The notes below the pieces were generated by a model. It did no database searches and was not told where the DNA came from. It was given only the letters and a program-made list of their open reading frames with translations. DNA of 64,000 nucleotides from Bdellovibrionales bacterium. GTDB lineage: Bacteria; Bdellovibrionota; Bdellovibrionia; Bdellovibrionales; UBA1609. Of the stretch, positions 29,375-40,431 are shown one piece after another. The stretch is from positions 1,824,001 to 1,888,000 of the forward strand of contig OZ241329.1 of NCBI GenBank assembly GCA_965199825.1, written 5' to 3'. Each line of letters opens with the position of its first letter. The first letter of the stretch is position 1. A program made the position numbers and the translations under genes.

Positions 29375-31624
29375 ATGGCCCAAATAGAAACGACAGCGGC
29401 GCTTGTTGAACAAACTTATGCGCGATCAAAAAAAAATCTTTTGGTGGTTCGAAAACGTTTAGGTCGTTCGCTGACACTTGCAGAAAAAATTGTGTTCGGT
29501 CATCTCGACAATCCAGAAACTCAGGATCTCACACGCGGTGAAAGCTTTCTTCAGCTAAGACCTGATCGTGTGGCGATGCAAGATGCCACCGCACAAATGG
29601 CGATCTTACAGTTTATGCTCGCAGGTCGCGATGAGGCGGCTGTCCCAAGTACCGTTCATTGTGATCATTTGATTCTTGCACATGACGGATTAAAAAAAGA
29701 TATGGATCGCGCGATGTCTGAGAATCGCGAGGTGTTCGACTTTTTGGCCTCAGCTTCGTCGCGCTACAATTTAGGTTTTTGGAAACCGGGTGCAGGAATT
29801 ATCCATCAAGTAATTATCGAAAATTATGCTTATCCTGGTGGTTTGATGATCGGAACAGATTCGCATACTCCCAACGCCGGCGGTCTTGGAATGATCGCGG
29901 TGGGTGTGGGCGGTGCGGATGCCTCGGATGTGATGTCAGGCCTTGCGTGGGAAGTCAAAAATCCAAAATTGATCGGGGTTCATCTTAAAGGAAAAATGGG
30001 TGGATGGACATCTGCCAAAGATGTGATCCTTAAACTTCTTGGAATCCTCACCGTAAAAGGTGGGACAAATAAAATTGTCGAATATTTTGGTGAAGGATGT
30101 GATTCGATTAGCGCAACTGGTAAAGGAACAATCACCAACATGGGTGCTGAACTTGGCGCGACCTGTTCGGTATTTCCTTATGATCAAAGAATGAGAAATT
30201 ATTTAAAAATTACCAATCGAGAACATTTGGCCAAGATTGCAGATGCAAATATGGATTTGCTCGAAGCCGATAAAGAAGTCTTGAGCAATCCAAAAGAATA
30301 TTACGACGAAGTGATCGAAATCGATTTGTCACAACTCGAGCCTCATTTGGTTGGCCCGCATTCTCCTGATGCTGCACGTCCATTGAGTCAAGTGGGTGCA
30401 GCTGCGCAAAAAGAAGGATGGCCCATCAAGTTGTCAGCAGCTCTGATCGGGTCGTGCACGAATTCTTCCTATGAAGATATTGGCCGAGCCACACATGTGG
30501 CAAAACAAGCATTAGCTGCTGGATTAAAAATGCCGCAGTATTTTTTGGTCTCACCTGGATCAAGCCAAATTAAAAAAACCATCGAGCGCGATGGGCAGAT
30601 GCAAGTGTTAGAAGACATCGGTGCAACCGTTTTGGCAAATGCCTGTGGTCCTTGCATTGGTCAGTGGCAAAGAGATGATATTAAAAAAGGTGTGCCCAAC
30701 ACCATCATCAATTCATTTAACCGCAACTTTAGAGGGCGAAACGATAGCAATCCCGAAACACTTTCGTTTATTGGCAGTCCAGAAATTGTGATGGCTTTAG
30801 GCATCGCAGGTCGTCTCGATTTTAATCCTGCAACCGATACCATCGAGCACAACGGTAAAAAAATTAAATTAAATATTCCCGAAGCTCCTGAGTTGCCATC
30901 AAGTTTTGTTGCCGACCCGGATGCCTATCAAGCTCCTCAAGGCCGCACGGCAGTTGTAAAAGTGGATCCCAACTCGGATCGCCTTCAGGTGCTTCAGCCC
31001 TTTGCCGCATGGTCGGGTCAAGATATGAAAGATCTTATGGTGCTGTGTAAAGCCAAAGGCAAATGCACCACCGATCATATTAGTCCTGCAGGCCCATGGC
31101 TAAAATATCGCGGACACCTTGATAACATTTCAAACAATATGTTGCTGGGTGCAACCAACGCATTTACCGGATCGATCGGCAAAGGTAATAACCTGATCAC
31201 CGGCGAAAAAGATCAAGAATTTGCAAAAGTGGCACGGTCCTACAAAGCCAATAAAAAATCATGGGTCATCATCGGTGATGAAAATTATGGCGAAGGATCC
31301 TCGCGCGAACATGCGGCAATGTCACCGCGTTGGCTTGGAGCATTGGCTGTGATTGTTAAAAGTTTTGCTCGTATTCATGAGACCAATCTCAAAAAGCAGG
31401 GGGCACTTGCTTTGACGTTTGCGATCCCTTCAGATTACGACAAAATTCTTGAAACCGATCGCTTGGATATCACCGGCTTAAAAACATTTGCTCCAGGAAA
31501 ATCTTTGCAGCTTGTGATCCATCATGCCGATGGACGCACCGATACCGCAGAACTGCTGCACAGTTTTAATGCTGAGCAGATTCGGTGGTTTCAAGCGGGC
31601 AGTGCTTTAAACGTAAAAAACTAA
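29375..31624 (+). CDS. aconitate hydratase (mitochondrial-type)
   Basis: [63 protein letters not shown]. Confidence 0.96.
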   Translation: MAQIETTAALVEQTYARSKKNLLVVRKRLGRSLTLAEKIVFGHLDNPETQDLTRGESFLQLRPDRVAMQDATAQMAILQFMLAGRDEAAVPSTVHCDHLILAHDGLKKDMDRAMSENREVFDFLASASSRYNLGFWKPGAGIIHQVIIENYAYPGGLMIGTDSHTPNAGGLGMIAVGVGGADASDVMSGLAWEVKNPKLIGVHLKGKMGGWTSAKDVILKLLGILTVKGGTNKIVEYFGEGCDSISATGKGTITNMGAELGATCSVFPYDQRMRNYLKITNREHLAKIADANMDLLEADKEVLSNPKEYYDEVIEIDLSQLEPHLVGPHSPDAARPLSQVGAAAQKEGWPIKLSAALIGSCTNSSYEDIGRATHVAKQALAAGLKMPQYFLVSPGSSQIKKTIERDGQMQVLEDIGATVLANACGPCIGQWQRDDIKKGVPNTIINSFNRNFRGRNDSNPETLSFIGSPEIVMALGIAGRLDFNPATDTIEHNGKKIKLNIPEAPELPSSFVADPDAYQAPQGRTAVVKVDPNSDRLQVLQPFAAWSGQDMKDLMVLCKAKGKCTTDHISPAGPWLKYRGHLDNISNNMLLGATNAFTGSIGKGNNLITGEKDQEFAKVARSYKANKKSWVIIGDENYGEGSSREHAAMSPRWLGALAVIVKSFARIHETNLKKQGALALTFAIPSDYDKILETDRLDITGLKTFAPGKSLQLVIHHADGRTDTAELLHSFNAEQIRWFQAGSALNVKN

Positions 31625-31646
31625 ATTCTCTTTTTAGGGTGATCGT

Positions 31647-31679
31647 CGCCGACTATCGTCGTCGGCGTCGCCGCTTTTT
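31647..31679. terminator. GC hairpin between convergent aconitase and pepN
   Basis: CGCCGAC-tatcgtc-GTCGGCG followed by gctttttg; overlaps the last pepN codons. Confidence 0.4.
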
Positions 31680-34283
31680 GTGCTTGTGAGTGTCTGGAAC
31701 TTGCGGCAACTCTGGGGCTCGAAAGCCTTCCTTTCGGGCAAGTGCCACCGCTTGTTGACACTGCAAGCCTTCTTCGAGCATCACCGTCAATTGTCGTTGA
31801 ACTCCCAAGGAGAGTGTCGTTTTTTTAAGGAAATTCGAAAGCTGATCCGAATTGGGCTTGCGACAGGCCGAGGGGGCAAGGCTTGAGAATTTCTCGGCAA
31901 GGGTTGCGTGCCTTGAATCAAGCTGACTTAGATCATCATAAAATATTTTGCCGAACTGTGTACGAAGGTCTGATTGATTGCTCGGAAATAAACTGGAGAT
32001 CAATCCGCGTTTTTGATTTTGATTGAGGCTGGTATTTTGGGCGGTGATCAATTGCGCCACCACTTTTTTATTTTCAAAATTGGGTTGGGCCGCTCGACAG
32101 GTTGCTGCCCAGTCTTGACCGCGATTCGAACTGTCTCTTTTAAGTTCGCGCTGGATTAAATCCTCTGAATCCTTTTGTCCTGCGCGACTTAAACGAAATA
32201 CCAATAGCCAGCGCATATCTTGATCAAGTCGAAAGCTTTGTAAAGCGGCTTTGCCATCGAGCATCAGGCGCACATTATCAAGTGAGAGTTTTGTTTCGGC
32301 TAAATTGGCAAAGCCTCCAAAAAAAATCAGCTGCAGGTCGCTCCCAGCTGCAGCGCTCTTTAGCCTTTTCCAAGCGGCATCTTCAATCACCGCTAACTGA
32401 TCTTGGGCCTCAACTTTTTCTTGTGCCGAATCCATTGGAATATAATCGGTGACCGTTTTTGATAAAACAAAAAATAAGGTCCTTAGCAATTCGGGATCTG
32501 TTTCTTTTTCTAAACCTTCGCGCACCGCCCAGTATCTGAGGGCATAGGAATTGAGTCGGCCTTTTTGAACCTCATTAAAAAGTTTGAGCCAAAGCTGTTG
32601 CTTTACCGGGACCTCGTGAATGCGACTCATCATGGTCAAAAGCTGATTCGAAGTTTGGGGATAAAAAACCGCGCGCGAATAATCTTCCTCCAAAATATTT
32701 GGGACAATAGCAAGAGGACACGATCCAGATGCGGCAATTTTGAGTGTGGTGTCTTTGATGTTTGCCGGAAGTGTGCGGAGTAAGCCTGAGCTCTCGATCA
32801 AGGTGAGTTGCACAAAATGTTCTCTCAAAGGTTTTCCGCCCTGGAGAAGGGTGATGTTGGTGAGTCTTGAGTTCTCACAGCTAAATTGGGCATCGAGGGT
32901 ATTAAACCCAGAGGTGAGAATCCAATTGGTTTTAAATGTGCTTAAATCTTGCCCTGATTTTTTAGCAATCGCACTCAAAAGGTCATCAACCGTTGAGTTG
33001 TCAAACGCGTAGCGTTTTACAAATTCAGCCAAACCTTCTCTAAAATTATTTTCACCCACCAAGCGTTCGAGGTGTTCAAACACCGCGGCACCTTTGAAGT
33101 AAGTGATGTCATCATAATGGTCACGGGCTTGCTCGGTCGTGGGCACATCGTAAACAAGTGGATGGGTGATCGATTTTTCATCCATCGCGTAGGCCCGAGC
33201 ACGATAAAGATTTTGAATATTTTTTTGGTTGAGTGCTTTGTAAGATAAAAATTCGGTCAAAGCTTCTTGCAGCGACAAATCGTTGTACCATTTCATGGTG
33301 ACAAGATTTCCTAGCCACTGATGGGCAAGTTCATGAAGCAAGAGTTGGTGGAGCATATTTTTTTGCTCAACCGTCGAATTGCCTCTCGAAAGATGGCGCT
33401 CCGAAAGTTGGGTGGCTGCTGCGGTTTCAAATGCGCCCGAAAAATGGGGAAGAATGATTTGATCGTATTTGGTAAATGGATAGGCAAGATCAAAATACTT
33501 GGTGTAAAAATCAATCCCTTCTTTTGTCACTTTAAACATGTCTTTGGTGTCGACATATTTTGCAAAAGTTTGACGACTTAAAATTCTTAAATTTTTATTT
33601 TGTTCGCTTTTGTATGGGCCTACAAAGAGGGCAAAAACCGATGGGCTGAGCTTTGGACCTGCGGCAAAATCCCAAGTTTTTTCGCCGGGAGTTTTTTGAA
33701 CGACTTCGGACTCTGGCACGTTTGAGATCACAAGATCTGAGTCATTGGTGGTGACCACCAGTCTAAATCGCCCTTTGATATCGACTTGATCAAATGAGGG
33801 AAAAAGTTTGTTGGCGTTGAAGCGTTCGAGATCGGCAGCGTAATAAACTTTTTTGTCTTCTTGATCTTCAAAGCGGCTAAATCCCAATTCATTAGTCGAA
33901 AAGGGTGCGGTGAAGTTGACCGTAATATGATTGGATCCTCTTTTTTGTGTGCTTGCTGGAATCAGAATAAAATGACCATTGTAATTTGCCGGATTGAGAA
34001 CACCATTAATAAATAATTTTTCTATATGTCCGTTAAAAAAATCGAGACGCAGATCATGGGGTGGACCAGACACTACGAATTCGATTTGGACCTCACCAGG
34101 AACTTCGGCTGGATTCTTGGACAAATCAAATTTAAGCCCATAGCGAACATCTTCAACCTGATTGTATCTTGTGACCGCCTCTTCTCGGGTTAAAACGTTT
34201 TGCTCGCTCTCAACATTCAGATTCTTTTTTGGCGTCGCACAAGATAATAGAAAAATTGCGATTAAAAAAAATGACTTTTTCAT
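31653..34283 (-). CDS. pepN: M1 family aminopeptidase N, predicted lipoprotein
   Basis: LLSC lipobox; GAFET (GAMEN-like), HELAH-x18-E, ITYFKG; ERAP1-like C-terminal helical domain. Confidence 0.9.
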   Translation of the reverse strand: MKKSFFLIAIFLLSCATPKKNLNVESEQNVLTREEAVTRYNQVEDVRYGLKFDLSKNPAEVPGEVQIEFVVSGPPHDLRLDFFNGHIEKLFINGVLNPANYNGHFILIPASTQKRGSNHITVNFTAPFSTNELGFSRFEDQEDKKVYYAADLERFNANKLFPSFDQVDIKGRFRLVVTTNDSDLVISNVPESEVVQKTPGEKTWDFAAGPKLSPSVFALFVGPYKSEQNKNLRILSRQTFAKYVDTKDMFKVTKEGIDFYTKYFDLAYPFTKYDQIILPHFSGAFETAAATQLSERHLSRGNSTVEQKNMLHQLLLHELAHQWLGNLVTMKWYNDLSLQEALTEFLSYKALNQKNIQNLYRARAYAMDEKSITHPLVYDVPTTEQARDHYDDITYFKGAAVFEHLERLVGENNFREGLAEFVKRYAFDNSTVDDLLSAIAKKSGQDLSTFKTNWILTSGFNTLDAQFSCENSRLTNITLLQGGKPLREHFVQLTLIESSGLLRTLPANIKDTTLKIAASGSCPLAIVPNILEEDYSRAVFYPQTSNQLLTMMSRIHEVPVKQQLWLKLFNEVQKGRLNSYALRYWAVREGLEKETDPELLRTLFFVLSKTVTDYIPMDSAQEKVEAQDQLAVIEDAAWKRLKSAAAGSDLQLIFFGGFANLAETKLSLDNVRLMLDGKAALQSFRLDQDMRWLLVFRLSRAGQKDSEDLIQRELKRDSSNRGQDWAATCRAAQPNFENKKVVAQLITAQNTSLNQNQKRGLISSLFPSNQSDLRTQFGKIFYDDLSQLDSRHATLAEKFSSLAPSACRKPNSDQLSNFLKKTTLSLGVQRQLTVMLEEGLQCQQAVALARKEGFRAPELPQVPDTHKHKKRRRRRR

Positions 34284-34819
34284 TGGGTATCTCCCTGAGC
34301 AATAGGAAATAGATATTCGGTGCGAACTCGATTTCCCTCGATATGATAAATTTCGTAGACATCCTCTTTGAGGATTAATTTTTGATCACGTGCAAATTTT
34401 TTAACGGAAGGATAAACCGTCCAGGGGCCAATGCTCGGCGAGCCTTCAAAAAATGCGACCACATAATTTCCAAAAGGAATGTGGCCGATTTTAAATTCCT
34501 CGTTTTCAAAACGACTTTCTTTTACGAAGCAGCCGCCCTCACTGCGCAGTCGTTCGGGATCGACCAAATCTGGATTATCGAGATAGTGACCAAAAGACGG
34601 TTCACAGATTTGGTTGTTGTGTTGTAAGTGCCGTTCAACATCCTCAAGGGTTGGCAAGATCTCATGATAAGGACCCAGGTGAGATTTATATAAAACAAGC
34701 TGACTTTGCTTTTGCGAAATTTTGATTTCAACAGATTTTCTAAATCCAAGAAAAAAATAAAGATAGATAACGACGGATAGCAATAAAATAAGGGTAAATA
34801 ATAAAAATTTACGAATCAA
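34280..34819 (-). CDS. GyrI-like small-molecule-binding domain protein with N-terminal TM
   Basis: HLGPYHEI, YLDNP..V..ERLRSEGGC, EIY. Confidence 0.78.
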   Translation of the reverse strand: MIRKFLLFTLILLLSVVIYLYFFLGFRKSVEIKISQKQSQLVLYKSHLGPYHEILPTLEDVERHLQHNNQICEPSFGHYLDNPDLVDPERLRSEGGCFVKESRFENEEFKIGHIPFGNYVVAFFEGSPSIGPWTVYPSVKKFARDQKLILKEDVYEIYHIEGNRVRTEYLFPIAQGDTQ

Positions 34820-35360
34820 GAGAAGCTTTCCATTTGATTGAGCATCCCATCGAGGGGCGTTGAGGTGGCATTGGATTTTGATGAGCTAAAATGGCCTCGA
34901 TAGCGAGCTTAAGTTCAGATTTTTGCACTTTTTTTTCATCTTTCCATGAGTCATCAAACCGGCCGCGATATTTGAGTACTTTGTTTTGATCATAGACAAA
35001 TATATCAGGAGTGCAAACTGCACCCATTTTTTTTGCAACCTCTTGGCGCTCATCAATCAAATAGGGAAAGCCATAATTCAAATCTTTCCAGCGTTGATAC
35101 AATTCTTTGGGCGAATCTTCGGGATATTCACTTGGATCGTTCGAGCAGATTCCCAGAAATTGGGCTTGAGGCAATTGTTTGACTAAGCGAATAAGGCGTT
35201 GCTCGATCGCTTGAACATAAGGGCAATGATTGCAGATAAATAACACGACCAAAACTTTTGAGACGGTGTGAGTTGAAAAATGAGACCCATCCACTGCGGT
35301 CAATTCAAATTCTGGTAAGGCAGAGCCTAAATCTTCAAGAGGTGTGTAGGTGAGTGACAT
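34809..35360 (-). CDS. thioredoxin/AhpC-TSA family protein
   Basis: FICNHCPYV, GAVCTPDIF, YRGRFDD, PSMGCSIKW; likely ATG at 35360. Confidence 0.92.
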   Translation of the reverse strand: MSLTYTPLEDLGSALPEFELTAVDGSHFSTHTVSKVLVVLFICNHCPYVQAIEQRLIRLVKQLPQAQFLGICSNDPSEYPEDSPKELYQRWKDLNYGFPYLIDERQEVAKKMGAVCTPDIFVYDQNKVLKYRGRFDDSWKDEKKVQKSELKLAIEAILAHQNPMPPQRPSMGCSIKWKASLDS

Positions 35361-36069
35361 TGGCGTTAAAATCCCTCCAGGATACCATGCCCTCAGAGGT
35401 CTCAAGCTGGCAGGTGTGAGTGAAATCCATATACGTTTTGGTTTGCAATGGAAAGGCATTCAACGCACGAAGTAGAATCTCTTTATTTTGGGGGGTGAGA
35501 TAATCCATTCCCAAATATATAATTTGGTTCATTGCTTGATAAAATAAATTTAAAAATTCAAACCAGGTGTCTTCATCAATTTGTTTTAGACCAAGAGAGC
35601 CGGCTTGCTCGATGCTTTCAGGAGCTGAAAATACATTAAGACCGAACCCCACAATCAAGCAGTACTGGTGTCCCTTAGCTACACTCTCAATGAGCAATCC
35701 ACCAACTTTTTTATCATCTAAATAAATATCATTTGGAGGCTTAATGCTTAATTTTAGGTTTTTAAATGACTGATCAAGAGCCTTGAACGCCGCCAGCCCA
35801 ATGAGGGGAGAAAAAAACGGCTGCGGGGGTTGTGTCATCAAAAACTGAAAGCTTACACAAAGATTTTGCCCGGTATCGAGCCAAGTTTTTCCCGATTGGC
35901 CCCGACCTTGAGTTTGATGTTGAGTGAGGTAACACATGCTGGTGTGAATAAATGCTTCTTGTTTAGCAAGATCATTTGTTGAGGGTAGGGTTTTAAAACT
36001 TTCGATCGGAATTCCGTAATTTTTGGCCCAGTGTTGGGTGGCCAAATATACGGACTCAAATCGATTCAT
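35335..36069 (-). CDS. birA: biotin--[acetyl-CoA-carboxylase] ligase
   Basis: STND, QTQGRGQ, IKPPNDIY..KKVGGLLIE, GFGLNV. Confidence 0.9.
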   Translation of the reverse strand: MNRFESVYLATQHWAKNYGIPIESFKTLPSTNDLAKQEAFIHTSMCYLTQHQTQGRGQSGKTWLDTGQNLCVSFQFLMTQPPQPFFSPLIGLAAFKALDQSFKNLKLSIKPPNDIYLDDKKVGGLLIESVAKGHQYCLIVGFGLNVFSAPESIEQAGSLGLKQIDEDTWFEFLNLFYQAMNQIIYLGMDYLTPQNKEILLRALNAFPLQTKTYMDFTHTCQLETSEGMVSWRDFNANVTHLHTS

Positions 36070-37036
36070 GGACCTCTGCCAAAAGTTTTTTAAGCTCGCG
36101 CTCGATTATTCTCGAAGCCAGCTCGGGAACCACTTTCCATATAACCTCTTCAATCATTGCCGTCGCCTTTTCGCGAACGAGTTGATCGATGGCTTCAAGC
36201 GGAATGGTGGGCTCGGATTTTTTGATCTCTGGTTGAGGCGGAGGCGGCATTACTACTGCTGCTGCTGGAGCCTCAGGCTCGGTGTCCCAGTGAAGAATTT
36301 TAGATTGGGTTTGATCATCAACCGCACCATAAAAATTTTTAGGCGGTTCAATATCTTCTTCGTTCACAAGATAATCTAACGGAATATCAACATCGGTATC
36401 GTCGTGTTTGACTTTAAATTGTCCTAAACTTTTTTGAGTCCAGGCAGGGTCTTCATTTGTGGCTTCGATCAAATCAAGATCTTGATCGCGACTTTCTTTT
36501 GTCAGTGCCACTGGTTTAAACTGATCAATGGGATCAAAGCTTTCCATATTCCAGACACCGGTTTTATCATTTTGTTCAACCGGTGGTGGAACTTCTGCTT
36601 TTTTTGGGGCTTCATCAAATTCGGGTCGATCGGGAAATGATAAAAATCCGGAGAGTCTCTGAGTTTTTGTTTTTGAAACATGATCCTGGACGATTTTTCT
36701 TAAGGATCCCACATCAAATGGCTTTTCAAGTTTGGCGTTGGCTTTTGAAGCTTGCACCTTGTCCTGATCCAAATCCATAAATCCACTCCACATCAAAATC
36801 ACCGGGGTGTTTTGAAGTTGAGCATCATTTTTGATTTCGGAGCAGACGTCGTAGCCCGATTTTTTTTGGAGCAAGACATCGGCAAAAATAATGTCAGGCT
36901 CAAATTTTCGCGCCACTTCTAAAACGTCGAGTCCAATGTTGACGGGACGAACTTCCACAGCATAATCCTGCAGAGCCAACTGAAAAACTTTTTTAATTGT
37001 GTGACTCTCGTCAGCGAGTAAGACGCGCAATGCCAT
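36056..37036 (-). CDS. romR: RomR-like polarity response regulator
   Basis: Atypical receiver LLADES.TIKKV, acidic/Pro-rich linker, C-terminal IEEVIWKVVPELASRIIERELKKLL helix. Confidence 0.8.
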   Translation of the reverse strand: MALRVLLADESHTIKKVFQLALQDYAVEVRPVNIGLDVLEVARKFEPDIIFADVLLQKKSGYDVCSEIKNDAQLQNTPVILMWSGFMDLDQDKVQASKANAKLEKPFDVGSLRKIVQDHVSKTKTQRLSGFLSFPDRPEFDEAPKKAEVPPPVEQNDKTGVWNMESFDPIDQFKPVALTKESRDQDLDLIEATNEDPAWTQKSLGQFKVKHDDTDVDIPLDYLVNEEDIEPPKNFYGAVDDQTQSKILHWDTEPEAPAAAVVMPPPPQPEIKKSEPTIPLEAIDQLVREKATAMIEEVIWKVVPELASRIIERELKKLLAEVHESI

Positions 37037-37130
37037 AAAGAAAGCTAACGATTTTTAAATGGACCAGTCAAGATCTAGCTGTTGTTACTGCGCTGCTTTT
37101 TTTACCTCTCAATCTGGAATCTAAAAGAAG

Positions 37131-38210
37131 ATGAACCGAATTGATCGCTACGTCTTGAGTTTGTTTTTTCGTTTTTTTGCTTCGGGTGTGGTGGTGTTTG
37201 TTACACTTTTTTTGATCGTCGACTTTATGGGGTTTGCGGTTCAACACAATGATTCCCCCTCCAGCGCTTTCGTCCGATTTTATTTGTACAGTATTCCCGC
37301 AGTCATTTATCAGATGGTGCCGGTGGGCTGTTTGCTCGCGGTGGTTTTTACTCTGTCGACGCTGTCGCGCAATCAAGAGCTCACCGCACTTCATAGTTTT
37401 GGGGTCGGTCTTGTTCGCATCTGCACTCCCATATTGATCGCGGTGGGAATGATTTCGGTCTTGTCGTTTTTTTTATCAGACCAGGTATTACCTAAGTTTG
37501 AGCAAAAAAAGAATTATATCAAATATGTCGAAATCGAAAATAAGCCATTTTTATATTCGACGGTCACCACCAATAAAATTTGGTACCGATCCGAAAATAC
37601 AATTTTTAATATAAAAACTCTTAATGTCAGAGAAAAACGGGCTCAAGGCCTTACACTTTATTACTTCGATGAAGTTTGGAATTTGATGCAAGTGATTACC
37701 GCCGAAGACATTAATTTGAACCCACCGAATTGGGATCTTAAAAAAGGTACGGTGACTTTGTTTACCGAGAGTTCAAGTTTTCCGCTGACTCAAGCGTTTG
37801 ATAAAAAAAGAATTACGGTACACGAGGAAATAGGAGATTTGAGCTCTTCGGCAAATTCCACCAACACCTTATCGCTCAAGCAACTCAATCGTTATATTTC
37901 AAAAAATAAAGAGGCCGGACTCGATACGGTTCGCTATGAGGTCGATTACCACTCCAAATTTGGCTTTGCATTTGCTGCCATGGTGATGTCTTTTTTGGCG
38001 ATTCCATTTGGTGTACAAAGGCAGCGCAGTGGGGGGCTCCTCCTCAACTTAGGTATGTGTTTATTTTTGGTTTTTATTTATTGGACCCTCTATAGCTCGG
38101 CATTGACACTGGGCAATTACGGAAAGATCTCGCCCCTGCTTGCAGCATGGAGTCCAAACCTAAGTATACTAGCCCTTTCTGGATTTTTTATTTGGCGTTT
38201 AAAGAGCTAG
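37131..38210 (+). CDS. lptG: LPS export ABC transporter permease LptG
   Basis: IDRYV, L..LSRNQELTAL.S.G, six TMs, PLLAAWSPN. Confidence 0.88.
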   Translation: MNRIDRYVLSLFFRFFASGVVVFVTLFLIVDFMGFAVQHNDSPSSAFVRFYLYSIPAVIYQMVPVGCLLAVVFTLSTLSRNQELTALHSFGVGLVRICTPILIAVGMISVLSFFLSDQVLPKFEQKKNYIKYVEIENKPFLYSTVTTNKIWYRSENTIFNIKTLNVREKRAQGLTLYYFDEVWNLMQVITAEDINLNPPNWDLKKGTVTLFTESSSFPLTQAFDKKRITVHEEIGDLSSSANSTNTLSLKQLNRYISKNKEAGLDTVRYEVDYHSKFGFAFAAMVMSFLAIPFGVQRQRSGGLLLNLGMCLFLVFIYWTLYSSALTLGNYGKISPLLAAWSPNLSILALSGFFIWRLKS

Positions 38211-38244
38211 ATCTTCAAACCGCAAATCATGTATAAAGCTTTTT

Positions 38245-38850
38245 ATGGCGATACTAGAAATATTAAAATTCCCTGATCCACGATTAAGAAAAAAATGTGC
38301 TCCGGTCAAAGCTGTGACCGAAGATCTTAAAACTTTTGCGAGCGACATGCTCGAGACGATGTACAATTTCAAGGGCATCGGACTTGCGGCAGCTCAGGTC
38401 GATCGTCAAATTCGATTTTTGGTCACCGACACTCGCCCCAAAGAGGGTGGGCGACATAAAGCTGAGGATCAAACCGAACTTGAATCTCAAATTGCTCAGC
38501 CCTTACAAATCTTTAATCCAGTGATTACAAAAAAAACGGGTAAGACCACCTTTGACGAGGGCTGTTTAAGTATTCCGAGTTATTTTGAAACTGTGGAGCG
38601 CGCAAATTATATCGAGGTCGATGCGCTTGATCTTGAGGGAAAAAAAATAACCATCAAAACCGACGGCCTCTTGGCAATTTGTATTCAGCACGAAATTGAT
38701 CATCTCGATGGAAAACTATTTATCGATCGATTAAGTCCAATAAAAAGTGCGCGACTCAAAAGTAAAATCAAAAAATTTGGCTATCCCGATCCTAATACAT
38801 CCTCCGATGAGGATGACGATGCTGAGGATGATCACGAAGAAGCTTTGTGA
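38245..38850 (+). CDS. def: peptide deformylase
   Basis: GIGLAAAQV, EGCLSIP, QHEIDHLDG. Confidence 0.96.
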   Translation: MAILEILKFPDPRLRKKCAPVKAVTEDLKTFASDMLETMYNFKGIGLAAAQVDRQIRFLVTDTRPKEGGRHKAEDQTELESQIAQPLQIFNPVITKKTGKTTFDEGCLSIPSYFETVERANYIEVDALDLEGKKITIKTDGLLAICIQHEIDHLDGKLFIDRLSPIKSARLKSKIKKFGYPDPNTSSDEDDDAEDDHEEAL

Positions 38851-39794
38851 GTCGCATCCGCACGGTCTTTTTGGGTACTCCAGAATTTTCGGCCTATTGT
38901 CTTAAGGGAATGCTCAAAGACGAGCATTTTGAAATCGTGGCGGTGGTCACTCAGCCCGATCAACCCCAAGGTCGCAAAATGCTTTTGACTCCAACACCGG
39001 TCAAACAAGTCGCACTCGAACATCATCTTCCGCTTATCCAAGAACAAAAATTGTGCACCGAAGAGAATCTTAAAAAATTAAGTGCACTCAATGCTGAAGC
39101 CGCGGTGGTGGTCGCCTTTGGTCAAATCTTGAGCCAAAAATTTTTGGACCTTTTTCCGCGGCGGGTGGTTAACATTCACACCAGTCTTTTGCCAAGATGG
39201 CGCGGGGCTGCACCGATTCAACGAGCGATTATGGCGGGCGATCCAAAAACGGGTGTGACCCTCCAGGTGATGAAAAAAAAATTGGATCAAGGCGATGTGC
39301 TAGCTGATCGAAAAGTTGAACTCGATGATCAAATCAATTCGCTCGAGCTGCTCGAAAAATTAAAACCGTTGAGCAGTGAGCTGCTCCATATCGAGTTGAT
39401 GGATTACTTAAGAGGAAATTTAAGTCCCCATCCTCAAGATGAATCTCAAGTGACCTATGCGCATAAGATCGAAAAATCAGAAAGCCTTCTCGATTTCAAA
39501 AAGCCAGCGCTTCAATTGTCTCGCGACATTCGGGGCCTTGCGTGGGGGCCAGGCTCTTATGCGGTTCTCCACAATAAAAGAATTAAAATTCATCAAACAC
39601 GGGCGGTTGAATCTCAATCTGTTAAATTCGGCCAGGTTTTGAAAGTCGAACGCACTTCCTTTACGGTTGCTTGCGGAGATTCTTCGGCACTTGAAGTGTT
39701 TAGAGTCCAACCTGAATCCAAGCCCCAAATGAGTGTGGAAGAATTTTTAAAAGGCTCACCCCTCAAAGTCGGAGATTCATTTTTAAATGAATAA
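38847..39794 (+). CDS. fmt: methionyl-tRNA formyltransferase
   Basis: FLGTPEFS, VVTQPD, NIHTSLLPRWRGAAPIQRAI. Confidence 0.96.
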   Translation: MSRIRTVFLGTPEFSAYCLKGMLKDEHFEIVAVVTQPDQPQGRKMLLTPTPVKQVALEHHLPLIQEQKLCTEENLKKLSALNAEAAVVVAFGQILSQKFLDLFPRRVVNIHTSLLPRWRGAAPIQRAIMAGDPKTGVTLQVMKKKLDQGDVLADRKVELDDQINSLELLEKLKPLSSELLHIELMDYLRGNLSPHPQDESQVTYAHKIEKSESLLDFKKPALQLSRDIRGLAWGPGSYAVLHNKRIKIHQTRAVESQSVKFGQVLKVERTSFTVACGDSSALEVFRVQPESKPQMSVEEFLKGSPLKVGDSFLNE

Positions 39795-40431
39795 GATTGT
39801 TGCTCCAAGTTTACTCTCTGCCGATTTTTCGCGCCTTAAAGAAGAGATCGAATCTTTAGAGCAGGCGGGGTGCGATTGGTTTCATCTCGATGTGATGGAT
39901 GGACATTTTGTTCCAAATCTCACCTTTGGCCCACCCATCATTCGGGCGTTGAGGCCTTTAACCAAAAAAACTTTTGATGTTCATCTGATGGTCGATAATC
40001 CCGAAGCCCTAATTGATTCATACATCGATGCCGGCAGCGACATATTGACCTTTCATATTGAGGCTACAAAAAATCCCAAACATTTGATTGATCATATTCG
40101 CAGAGCCAAAAAACGAGTGGGAATCACACTCAAGCCCGCCACTCCCTTAGAGGCGATCTTACCTTATTTAGAAGAGGTCGATTTGGTTTTAATTATGACG
40201 GTCAATCCTGGATTCAGTGGGCAAAAATTTATGACCGATCAAATAAACAAAGTCAGTGAGCTCAAAAAAATTGTAGTCCAAAAAAATCTGAAAGTGTTGA
40301 TCGAAGTGGATGGGGGCATTGATAAAATGACCGCGCCTCATATTTCAGAGGCGGACGTCTTTGTTGCCGGAAATTTTATTTTAAAAAATAATTATGCCGA
40401 ATCGATTGAGTTTCTAAAAACTATTTCTTAG
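39787..40431 (+). CDS. rpe: ribulose-phosphate 3-epimerase
   Basis: APSLLSADF, HLDVMDGHFVPNLTFG, MTVNPGF, EVDGG. Confidence 0.96.
   Translation: MNKIVAPSLLSADFSRLKEEIESLEQAGCDWFHLDVMDGHFVPNLTFGPPIIRALRPLTKKTFDVHLMVDNPEALIDSYIDAGSDILTFHIEATKNPKHLIDHIRRAKKRVGITLKPATPLEAILPYLEEVDLVLIMTVNPGFSGQKFMTDQINKVSELKKIVVQKNLKVLIEVDGGIDKMTAPHISEADVFVAGNFILKNNYAESIEFLKTIS

Noticed and set aside
31653..31690. Eukaryotic nuclear localisation signal on PepN
   Set aside because: No evidence of a eukaryotic host; the Arg run coincides with a GC hairpin
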